Assembly: GCA_963722655.1 (NCBI GenBank)
Contig: CAVRNT010000001.1
Location: forward strand, 162,612 to 226,611
Direction of reading: 5' to 3'
Source of the DNA: an uncultured bacterium
Lineage (GTDB): Bacteria > Patescibacteriota > Minisyncoccia > UBA6257 > GWB1-50-10
Length of the DNA: 64,000 bases
A model generated the notes under the pieces. It worked only from the letters and a program-made list of their open reading frames with translations. It was not told where the DNA came from and made no database searches. The first letter of the stretch is position 1. The number at the start of each line of letters is the position of its first letter. The position numbers were made by a program, and so were the translations under genes. This document shows positions 10,592 to 17,897 of the stretch, in pieces.

Positions 10592-10663
10592 TGGGCGTTA
10601 GAGGGATTGAACCTCTGACCTTTTCAATGTCAATGAAACGCTCTACCACTGAGCTAAACGCCC
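10592..10663 (-). tRNA. tRNA-Val(GAC)
   Basis: Cloverleaf; tttca-TT-GAC-AT-tgaaa. Confidence 0.93.
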
Positions 10664-10732
10664 GCTGACACACAATATATCAGGAGATTTGTTGCGAGAC
10701 AAGGCGATTTACATTATAAATAAGACGCCCTC

Positions 10733-10804
10733 GCCCTCGTAGCTCAACGGATAGAGCTATTCCGTCCTAAGGAAGAGATGGGGGTTCAATTCCCTCCGAG
10801 GGCA
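10733..10804 (+). tRNA. tRNA-Arg(CCT)
   Basis: gccctcg/cgagggc acceptor; loop GT-CCT-AA. Confidence 0.88.
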
Positions 10805-10814
10805 CAGAGCAAGT

Positions 10815-10904
10815 GGAGGGTTCGCATAGTGGTCTAGTGCGGCGCACTCGAAATGCGCTTGGGGAGAAATCCCCTCACAGGTTCGAATCCTGTACCCTCC
10901 GCCA
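10815..10904 (+). tRNA. tRNA-Ser(CGA), CCA encoded
   Basis: gcgca-CT-CGA-AA-tgcgc; long variable arm. Confidence 0.93.
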
Positions 10905-11006
10905 GACAGTTTCTTTTATCGCCCTACCGTCTCAGCTGAGGCAGTAGCACGACCGGGACAGCTACCTGAACGTGGTAAAATAAACACACGAGAACTTGTC
11001 ACAAAA

Positions 11007-11236
11007 ATGTTTAGCCCCACCAAACTCAATAGTAGAGGTTTTAACGCAAAAGCCACTCTACCTTACGGCTGTAAGACCTTAAACATAAAATCTGCCATGC
11101 AGGATTTCCTGGATTTTTTAACATTTATTGACACCAGGTTGGTAGAGAAAAAACCCTTCATAAAGGCCGCCATGTCCTGCGGCGTCTTCAAATTGGCAAC
11201 CTTTCGCTGATATTCTTCGTACGTTGGTATCTTCAT
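11007..11236. pseudogene. Colliding gene remnants: + strand fragment (restriction-endonuclease-like N-terminus?) and - strand fragment (IS256-transposase-like N-terminus?)
   Basis: + 11007 MFSPTK..LPYG..AMQDFLDFL; - 11236 MKIPTYEEYQRKVANLKTPQDMAAFMK; family calls are recalled resemblances only. Confidence 0.3.
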
Positions 11237-11256
11237 GTGTTTGTATTGTTTGTTGG

Positions 11257-11320
11257 TTTGTTTTTTCGACTTGCGGCGGGCGGGTTTCGATTGGGAGGCG
11301 GCGAGGGGTATGGTAGCGGA
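11257..11320 (+). repeat. ~60-bp direct repeat, copy 1
   Basis: tttgttttttcgacttgcgg (20 bp) + variable spacer + tgggaggcggcgaggggtatggtagcgga (29 bp), both blocks identical to 13389-13448. Confidence 0.9.
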
Positions 11321-11371
11321 AGAGGTTAGGTTTTTGGAAGGTTTCATCGTGTGTTAAACTGGACACAGATT

Positions 11372-12037
11372 ATGAAACCCCGGCAAGCTCCCTTAAGCTA
11401 CATCAAGCAGTACTACGAAGCCGACATCGGTGAGTCGGAAATTCCCGAAAGCCGCTTCTATCAGAAATATCTGAGGAGGGTGAAAGGTAATAGTGTCCTT
11501 AGCGTCGCCTGCGGTCCCCAGTTCTATAACGACCTTGCGTTCTTCGGCTCTAAGCCGAAAGAATACATAGGTCTCGATATCAACAAGAACACGGTTAAGT
11601 TCCTGAAGACCTCTAGAAATAATTACCTCCTCAAAAGCAAGAAAAAGGCGAAAGGCATCAAGGCGGAGGCAATCGTTGGAAATATCCTTAAATACAACCC
11701 CAAGTTCAAGGGAAAGTTCGATTTTGTGATTGCACTGGCTGTTCTCGGAATGTTCAGGGAAAATGATTTCAGAAAAGCCGTCAAAAACATCCATTCATAC
11801 CTGAAGCTTGGAGGAATGTTCCTGGACATAGACTGGATGGATGCCGATCTTCCTAAGGGAGTCTATCTCGAGAAGGTCAAATACCGCTTTTGGACAAATA
11901 AGGGGCCGTCCGTGAAGACGCAAGGCAACATTATTAGGAACGCGGGCTTCAAGATCGTAGAATATGACCATTACTCCCCGGACAAGAAGACATACAAATG
12001 GGGCAAGATATTCGTGTATCTGGCGAGAGCAAAATAA
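11372..12037 (+). CDS. Class I SAM-dependent methyltransferase
   Basis: VLSVACGP motif I, YIGLDIN, KFDFVIA. Confidence 0.8.
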   Translation: MKPRQAPLSYIKQYYEADIGESEIPESRFYQKYLRRVKGNSVLSVACGPQFYNDLAFFGSKPKEYIGLDINKNTVKFLKTSRNNYLLKSKKKAKGIKAEAIVGNILKYNPKFKGKFDFVIALAVLGMFRENDFRKAVKNIHSYLKLGGMFLDIDWMDADLPKGVYLEKVKYRFWTNKGPSVKTQGNIIRNAGFKIVEYDHYSPDKKTYKWGKIFVYLARAK

Positions 12038-12066
12038 ACGCAAGCAATGAAAAGGAAGTGTTTTCT

Positions 12067-12621
12067 TTATGTTTTCTCCGGCGAGTAGAGGATCTTGGCT
12101 TGATAAATCGTCCCGATGGTCTGGATGACGCCCATGATCACGAAAAGGGCGGTGAATGAGAAGTAATTGATGATTAGTCCGCCGATTAGGATTGAGACAC
12201 CGGTTATAAGCTCCTCGGTTCCGTGCTCCAGCCCCCAAATAAACCCGGCCCTCTTTTTTTCCTCATACTGGGCGTAAAGGGCGTCCCAGGTCGGGTCGGC
12301 GAGCGCAAGAGCAACACCCAAGCCCGCCTCAACGGCGAAAAGGGCTAAGGGCGTGTGGACAAGAAGGTAGCAGAACGTGAAGACGGCATTCAAGGCGTAG
12401 CCGATAATCATGAGCCTGGCGTGGCCGATCTTATCGGATATGCGGCCGACGAAAACTTCCAGTCCGCCCGTCACGAGCAGGTATATCGCCCAGGCCCAGG
12501 CGATGTCCAGCACGTTCCCGCCGATGCGCCCGGCGAAGATCGCGAAAAGAGGGCCGAAGAGGCCCTCCCCGAACCACCAGAAGCTCGCACCGCCCAAGAG
12601 TATCTTTTCTTCCCGCTTCAT
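12067..12621 (-). CDS. Half-size (6-TM) MFS transporter
   Basis: MFS motif A GRISDKIGHAR; only 184 aa. Confidence 0.75.
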   Translation of the reverse strand: MKREEKILLGGASFWWFGEGLFGPLFAIFAGRIGGNVLDIAWAWAIYLLVTGGLEVFVGRISDKIGHARLMIIGYALNAVFTFCYLLVHTPLALFAVEAGLGVALALADPTWDALYAQYEEKKRAGFIWGLEHGTEELITGVSILIGGLIINYFSFTALFVIMGVIQTIGTIYQAKILYSPEKT

Positions 12622-12702
12622 TGAATTGATTATACAGAAAAACCAATCAGCATCCTAATATAAATCTACTGGTTGGTGTAAAATGGAGTAGCAAAGACAG
12701 CG

Positions 12703-13353
12703 ATGAGACCGCGATTTTTACAGTTCAGTTGTCGGGAGGGGAACAAGCCCGATTACCGCCAGGCCAATGCCGTGTTGAAATACAAGCCGGACATTATTCT
12801 TTTTGAGATGCCAGCCGAAGGCGGCAACCCGTCGCTTATCTTCAACAGGTATAAGCCGGACAAGAAGCCGTTTACCAAAGTTGAGAAAATAAAAAAATCG
12901 TTGCGCCGTGCCGCAAAAAAATACCCGTATGCCGCTTCGGATATCCGGGTTTGGGAGAACATAGAAAAGCTCTGGCGGGAGGGACGCGAAACACTCCTAT
13001 TCAACGTAGACGCCCCGCAGGAGTTGCGCGCGCATTACCATAAAATCTACGGGGATATTCCTTACACGCAGGTACGACACGAATGGTGGTTTTGGGCTTA
13101 TCTCTTAATAAGGGAGTGCCAGATGGCGGGTCACATCGAAAATATTCTCAAACACTATCGTGTAAAGAGGAAGCCGACCGTTGCCGTGTTCCTCCAAAGC
13201 ATTCATTGGGAACACGTTAAATTCTTGCTTAGGAAACCTTCGGAGAAAGGAATTTGGCGGTACTATTTTGGCAAGTTTCCGGAAATTAGTCCCGCGAACA
13301 TTAGGGGACCGATAAAAAAGAAGGATAAAATTCTGTATAAGTATTGGAAATAA
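12703..13353 (+). CDS. Hypothetical protein
   Basis: 216-aa ORF; PDIILFEMP loosely resembles the TraB-like superfamily; followed by terminator-like hairpin aaactgcc..ggcagttt. Confidence 0.6.
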   Translation: MRPRFLQFSCREGNKPDYRQANAVLKYKPDIILFEMPAEGGNPSLIFNRYKPDKKPFTKVEKIKKSLRRAAKKYPYAASDIRVWENIEKLWREGRETLLFNVDAPQELRAHYHKIYGDIPYTQVRHEWWFWAYLLIRECQMAGHIENILKHYRVKRKPTVAVFLQSIHWEHVKFLLRKPSEKGIWRYYFGKFPEISPANIRGPIKKKDKILYKYWK

Positions 13354-13388
13354 AAAGGATAGCTTCAAACTGCCCGTTTTGAGGCAGT

Positions 13389-13448
13389 TTTGTTTTTTCG
13401 ACTTGCGGGCGGGTGGGGCTGGGAGGCGGCGAGGGGTATGGTAGCGGA
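13389..13448 (+). repeat. ~60-bp direct repeat, copy 2 (27 nt downstream of the RT stop)
   Basis: See 11257-11320. Confidence 0.9.
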
Positions 13449-13475
13449 GGAGTGGTAAATAGGGACAGGGTTCAT

Positions 13476-14501
13476 CTAGGAAGCCCAGAATTTGTTCAAC
13501 AGTTCCTCGCGTACCCCATAAGCATCCGCATGGGATAGGACGCCGAGGTATGACTGCATGGATTGCTCAAAATTCAGCTTGCTGATTTCCCCGGCCTCGT
13601 ATTCTTCCATTCGTTTTTCCAGCTTCCTGAACATCCGGCGCTTGGTTTTCAACCGGATAAGCCTGTGGTGAGGGAAAACGACGTATCCGAGGAAATCTAT
13701 GCCTTGACAAACGGAACTGAGTATGCTTTTATTAGGATGTAGTTTGAGAGCTAGTTCGTTTTCAAAGAATTCAGAGATGAACGGCAGAAGTCCTTCGAGA
13801 TATTTTCTGTCTTCGGAGATTATGACGAAGTCATCGGTGTAGCGAACATAATATTTCACCCGTAATTTATGTTTCACAAACTGATCAAATTCGTTCATGT
13901 AGATATTGGCGAAGAGCTGGGAGGTAAGATTCCCTATCGGGATGCCTCTCCCCGGCGCGCTTTCGTAGCTCTTCACAATGGATTCCAAAAGCCATACCGC
14001 ATCAACGTCCTTGATGCGTTTTTTGATTATGGAAAGGAGAATTTTGTGGTCCACGCTATCGAAAAACTTCCGTACGTCGCACTTCAGGACATAAGAACGG
14101 CGGGTATTGTTCCTACTCACCTTCCTTATCATATTTCCGAGAGCCTCTACTCCCTTATGGTTGCCGTATCCGACCCGGCAGGAAAAAGAGGTCGGGATGA
14201 ATGTCGGCTCGAAGATTGGGTTCAAGACAGAGAAGACGGCGTGGTGGATGATACGGTCCCGCACGGTCGCCTTGTGGATGTGTCGCGGTTTGGGATCGCT
14301 GATGTAGAAGCCTTTGTAGGGGCCGTGAATGTAGGTTTTGTTTGCAAGCTCGCGGTGAAGCTTGAAAATATTCTCCTCCAGATTCCATTCGAAATACCGG
14401 ACGTCTTTCTTGCCAGTCTTCCCGCGCCGGAATTCGTCCCAGGCCGAAAAGAGGTTTTCGGAGGAAATCATCCGTTCGAAGATATTGGCGTATGTTTTCA
14501 T
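13476..14501 (-). CDS. DGR reverse transcriptase
   Basis: KPRHIHKATVRDRIIHHA, LKCDVRKFFDS, GIPIGNLTSQLFANIY, RYTDDF, GIDFLGY; 341 aa with no maturase/endonuclease; adjacent avd and TR/VR. Confidence 0.96.
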   Translation of the reverse strand: MKTYANIFERMISSENLFSAWDEFRRGKTGKKDVRYFEWNLEENIFKLHRELANKTYIHGPYKGFYISDPKPRHIHKATVRDRIIHHAVFSVLNPIFEPTFIPTSFSCRVGYGNHKGVEALGNMIRKVSRNNTRRSYVLKCDVRKFFDSVDHKILLSIIKKRIKDVDAVWLLESIVKSYESAPGRGIPIGNLTSQLFANIYMNEFDQFVKHKLRVKYYVRYTDDFVIISEDRKYLEGLLPFISEFFENELALKLHPNKSILSSVCQGIDFLGYVVFPHHRLIRLKTKRRMFRKLEKRMEEYEAGEISKLNFEQSMQSYLGVLSHADAYGVREELLNKFWAS

Positions 14502-14515
14502 AGATTTAAAAACTA

Positions 14516-14863
14516 ATGGACGACTTCGACATCCCCATCTTCAAAAAGACCTACGACCTCTACAAGACCTTTTACGAATATCGGAATCTCGTCCCAAAGC
14601 TGGACCGGCACACGATCTGGCAGAAATCGGAAGACCTGATACTCGGCATCCTCGAGGGGATTCTCACGGCGAGCAAACTGTATAAGGCGGCTAAGGCGCC
14701 AGTTCTTGAAAATGCGAGCGTCAAACTGAATCTCCTGCGCGTTTTCGTACGTCTCATGAAAGAGGTGAAAACTATCGACAATAAGAAGTACGCGGCGCTG
14801 GAAGAGATGATCGATGAGATTGGCCGGATGCTCGGTGGGTGGATCAAGTCAGCGAAAGAGTGA
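14516..14863 (+). CDS. avd: DGR accessory variability determinant (Avd, four-helix bundle)
   Basis: IPIFKKTYDL..PKLDRHT..EIGRMLGGW, 115 aa, between RT and TR. Confidence 0.92.
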   Translation: MDDFDIPIFKKTYDLYKTFYEYRNLVPKLDRHTIWQKSEDLILGILEGILTASKLYKAAKAPVLENASVKLNLLRVFVRLMKEVKTIDNKKYAALEEMIDEIGRMLGGWIKSAKE

Positions 14864-14873
14864 GCGATGGAAC

Positions 14874-14899
14874 AATGCCCCGGTATAAGCCGGGGCATT
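14874..14899. terminator. Perfect 10-bp hairpin between avd stop and TR 3' end (terminator or DGR-RNA spacer element)
   Basis: aatgccccgg-tataag-ccggggcatt. Confidence 0.65.
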
Positions 14900-14921
14900 C
14901 CCATTCATTGAAGAGTAACTT

Positions 14922-15048
14922 CGGGACGAAACCCGAGGCCGAACCATAGTTGTCGTTGGCATTGCTGACCCAGTTCGTGTCGAGCTTGACCTTGCCGTCG
15001 TTGAAGTTGAAGTTCGGGGCCTTGGAGAAATCGCCATCGGCATCGGGA
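14922..15048 (-). repeat. DGR template repeat (TR), 127 bp
   Basis: Ungapped alignment to VR1 and VR2; all mismatches fall on TR adenines (29 A in sense strand); reads PDADGDFSKAPNFNFNDGKVKLDTNWVSNANDNYGSASGFVP. Confidence 0.97.
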
Positions 15049-15305
15049 ATCATTGCTCTCGCCCGTCCGTGTCACCGGAAATCGAGGTTTGCCGCTCAAA
15101 AAGGAGCTTATATCCTCTCAATCCTGAATTTTATCCGGCAGCATCCTTTTTAGGGGAATCTGCACTAGACAAGAGCAAGCAGTGATCTCCTCAACACAAC
15201 GCGCTCTTAGAAACCTTGGTCGCTAAGATTCCGGTTGCTTTTCTCTTCCTTGAAGAGAGAGTTCGGTGGCGGCAATCCGTGGACGGCCGTGCATGAACCT
15301 AATCT
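15049..15305 (-). ncRNA. Putative structured 5' leader of the DGR (TR) RNA
   Basis: No convincing ORF; several complementary blocks; TATAAT on - strand at ~15314-15319. Confidence 0.55.
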
Positions 15306-15328
15306 CATCTTGAATTATACAAAAATAA

Positions 15329-15360
15329 AGAGGTTGTCCACAATGAAGCGGATAACCTCT
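15329..15360 (-). terminator. Hairpin + T-tract downstream of DGR target 1
   Basis: agaggttatccgc-ttcatt-gtggacaacctct followed by ttattttt. Confidence 0.7.
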
Positions 15361-15432
15361 CAAAAATGACGGACGAAAGGATCAAAAATGAAATATCAAA
15401 AGATCCAAGCGTTCAATGTGCAACGTTCAGCA

Positions 15433-16341
15433 TCACTGCGGGACGAAACCCGAGGCCGAACCAAAGTAGTCGCCGGCATAGCCGACCCAGCTCGCGCCGA
15501 GCCCGACCCTGCCGTCGCGGAAGTCGAAGCCCGGGGCCCTGGAGAAAACGCCAACGGCAACGGGAGAGAATTCATCGCCCGGGCAATCAACATCCAACTC
15601 CTCGTAACGGACGAGGCGCTCGGGGTGAACCAGTATCTGGCATCCCGTATGGAATGCACCAAGACCAAATTCTGGTGGATCCATGACTTCCCAGGCCCTG
15701 CGAGTCGAACGGCCCGCGTGGCGCTTGCCGAACTGGAACGGGAAGATAAGGATGTCGCCCTTCTGTTTCTCGGCGATGAGTTCAAGCGCTTGAGCCGTGC
15801 GAGCGTGCTCGCGGAACCGATCCGGCAGGATTTCGCCTTCGCGATAGTTGTAGAACTTGCGCGAGGCGGCGATCTTCTCGAGGACGAGATGCGTCGCTCG
15901 GCAGTACCGTTCTTTCGGGTCTTTGACCTCCGGGAAAAACCGGGCGGCCACCGCATCAATCGAGGGAAATGCTCCCCAGCCCTCGGCCCATTCTGGAAGA
16001 GCGAGCGTCGGCAGGACCTTTTCCATGAAGTCCGTAACGTATCCGAGCGAAAGTTGGAAGATACCCGCGAGGATATCGACCTGCTTCCCGATGGGCTTCA
16101 GACCCTTGTACTCCGGAGGGTATGCGTAGCCGGAATGAACTTCCTCATCCGCATATTTGTTGGAGGTGGTGAGTTCCTCGATGATCTTTTTGAGACCATC
16201 TTGTAGTTCTCCACCCCGCTCATTGAGCATTTGAGCGCGGGCGTCGTCGAGCCCGGCTTTGTTGTAGACCGCTTCACAGAGGCCTACGCAATGGAGACCC
16301 TTCGGATCTCTGGACGTGATCAATGTCTTAGACATCGTCAT
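15433..16341 (-). CDS. DGR target protein 1 (C-terminal VR, probable CLec-fold)
   Basis: C-terminus ..FSRAPGFDFRDGRVGLGASWVGYAGDYFGSASGFVPQ matches TR; strong SD; no signal peptide. Confidence 0.93.
   Translation of the reverse strand: MTMSKTLITSRDPKGLHCVGLCEAVYNKAGLDDARAQMLNERGGELQDGLKKIIEELTTSNKYADEEVHSGYAYPPEYKGLKPIGKQVDILAGIFQLSLGYVTDFMEKVLPTLALPEWAEGWGAFPSIDAVAARFFPEVKDPKERYCRATHLVLEKIAASRKFYNYREGEILPDRFREHARTAQALELIAEKQKGDILIFPFQFGKRHAGRSTRRAWEVMDPPEFGLGAFHTGCQILVHPERLVRYEELDVDCPGDEFSPVAVGVFSRAPGFDFRDGRVGLGASWVGYAGDYFGSASGFVPQ
15439..15565 (-). repeat. DGR variable repeat VR1
   Basis: 21 differences from TR, all at TR adenines (14 A>G, 6 A>T, 1 A>C). Confidence 0.97.
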
Positions 16342-16437
16342 CGTCTCCTTTCTTTGTTAGTGGATTAAATTGTTTAAGTGCACGTTCCTGAATTTCAGGA
16401 ACTTTTGGAGTATACCATAAGAATACTTGTATGTCAA
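16342..16437 (-). promoter_or_regulatory. Sigma70 promoter, leader palindrome and SD of target 1
   Basis: TTGACA-17-TATACT; gttcctgaa-a-ttcaggaac; AAAGAAAGGAG. Confidence 0.8.
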
Positions 16438-16456
16438 ACTAGATTTGAAATAAAAA

Positions 16457-16486
16457 GAGGGTTGCCAACAAGTGTTGGTAACCCTC
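16457..16486 (-). terminator. Hairpin + T-tract downstream of DGR target 2
   Basis: gagggttaccaac-actt-gttggcaaccctc followed by tttttattt. Confidence 0.75.
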
Positions 16487-16558
16487 AAAAATAACGCGGA
16501 CTAAAGGAGCAAACGACCAGACGTCAAAAGATCCAAGCGTTCAATTTGCAATGTTCGA

Positions 16559-17440
16559 TCACTGCGGGACGAAACCCGAGGCCGAACCATAGTAGTCGCT
16601 GGCAGCGCTGACCCAGCGCGCGCCGAGCCCGACCCTGCCGTCGCTGAAGCGGAAGCTCGGGGCCCCGGAGAAATCGCCATCGGCATCGGGAGCGTATTCG
16701 TCTCCTCCGCAGTCGACGTGCAATTGCTCCCAGCGGACGAGCCGATTATGGGTCAGCACTCTGCATCCTTCGGCGACGCTTCCCAAGCCGAACTCGTTTT
16801 GGTCGTAGAGGACTCTGCCGCGACGGACAGATTTTCCCCTCCAACGCAATCCGGCTTGACTCGGGATGATGATGAGATCACCCGGTTGGTCCTTCTTGAT
16901 TTTTGCCTCAAGCCCGGCCGTCTTTTTCGACTGTTGCAAGCGCCCCGGCCCAAGCTGGCCGTTCCGGTAATTCACGAAGTTTTGATATTTCTTTCCCAGG
17001 GCGGCAAGCACTTGTTCCGTTGCGGCGTTGTAATTGCCGAACGCTTCCCACCACACATAGACCAGCGGGCTTTCAATCCAATCCGGCAGATTCTTTAAGC
17101 TGTCGTACCAGGCCCCTCCCTTAGTTAGAGCCCATGTTGCGTTCAATCCGGGGAAATACTCCAAAAGAATGTCGATCTGCTCTCGGATTGATTTCCGCTT
17201 GTATTCCTTGGGGTAAGTGTAGTCGGACGATTTTTCCTCATCCGCGTAGAGATACTTGATGAATATCTCCTTGCGGGAAATTCGGACTGCCGTTTGCAGC
17301 ATGTCGCCGTGCTTTAGAAGACACTGAGCTTCGTCGTTTGTGGGTTTCGGCGTAAAGAGTTCGTCCTCCATTACGACGCGACTCAGTTGCTTTTCTTGAC
17401 CATCTGTCATTGGCATGATCGATGTGGTATTCATCGTCAT
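16559..17440 (-). CDS. DGR target protein 2 (paralogue of target 1)
   Basis: Shares YADEE..Y.YP.EYK, NYR.G, EFGLG and DC.GDE with target 1; C-terminal VR. Confidence 0.93.
   Translation of the reverse strand: MTMNTTSIMPMTDGQEKQLSRVVMEDELFTPKPTNDEAQCLLKHGDMLQTAVRISRKEIFIKYLYADEEKSSDYTYPKEYKRKSIREQIDILLEYFPGLNATWALTKGGAWYDSLKNLPDWIESPLVYVWWEAFGNYNAATEQVLAALGKKYQNFVNYRNGQLGPGRLQQSKKTAGLEAKIKKDQPGDLIIIPSQAGLRWRGKSVRRGRVLYDQNEFGLGSVAEGCRVLTHNRLVRWEQLHVDCGGDEYAPDADGDFSGAPSFRFSDGRVGLGARWVSAASDYYGSASGFVPQ
16565..16691 (-). repeat. DGR variable repeat VR2
   Basis: 17 differences from TR, all at TR adenines (13 A>G, 3 A>C, 1 A>T). Confidence 0.97.
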
Positions 17441-17538
17441 TGCCTCCTTTCTTTGGTTTAGTGAATATGAAGTTTTTAAGTTGCGTTCTTGGGTTTCAAG
17501 AATGCCATAATATTACCATAATACGGTATAAAAGTCAA
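17441..17538 (-). promoter_or_regulatory. Sigma70 promoter, leader hairpin and SD of target 2
   Basis: TTGACT-17-TAATAT; ttcttg-aaacc-caagaa; AAAGAAAGGAGG. Confidence 0.78.
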
Positions 17539-17779
17539 ATGTGCGTAATGTCCCAATAGCTTGGAATAGCCCCATTGTAGCGTCTCATTTGTCTCATTTG
17601 ATTCGACCGAAACCCCAGAAAGTGACACTTCCCCAATAACCGTTCCACTGTCACTTTTGTAACCTGTCACTTTCCATATAGCCCGACCCGTAGGCCTCGG
17701 AGCGGCTTTTCGGACTCGCGCTCCGAAAATGCTTACACTGATTAAAAGGAAAAAGTCCACAACCGGGGCACACCGCCAG

Positions 17780-17814
17780 TGCAAAAGAGCGACCCGTTGG
17801 GTCGCTCTTTTGCA
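17780..17814 (-). terminator. Perfect 16-bp hairpin downstream of tRNA-Gly
   Basis: tgcaaaagagcgaccc-gtt-gggtcgctcttttgca. Confidence 0.75.
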
Positions 17815-17826
17815 TGCACTTTTGGG

Positions 17827-17897
17827 TGCGGGTAGGCGGAATCGGACCGCCGTCTCATCCTTGGCAAGGACGTGTTCTGCCACTAAACCATACCCGC
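17827..17897 (-). tRNA. tRNA-Gly(GCC)
   Basis: gcgggta/tacccgc acceptor; TT-GCC-AA. Confidence 0.9.

Noticed and set aside
13476-14501. RT as group II intron, retron or Abi RT
   Set aside because: No maturase/endonuclease extension or intron domain V/VI seen; Avd and A-specific TR/VR pairs identify a DGR.
14844-15053. 69-aa ORF over TR as a third target gene
   Set aside because: It is the TR read in the VR frame; no SD, and it lacks the N-terminal body and the downstream 33-bp element.
10904-17827. att-type direct repeats for the DGR island
   Set aside because: Both flanking tRNA 3' ends face the island, but no duplicated tRNA end or integrase was found; boundaries remain approximate.
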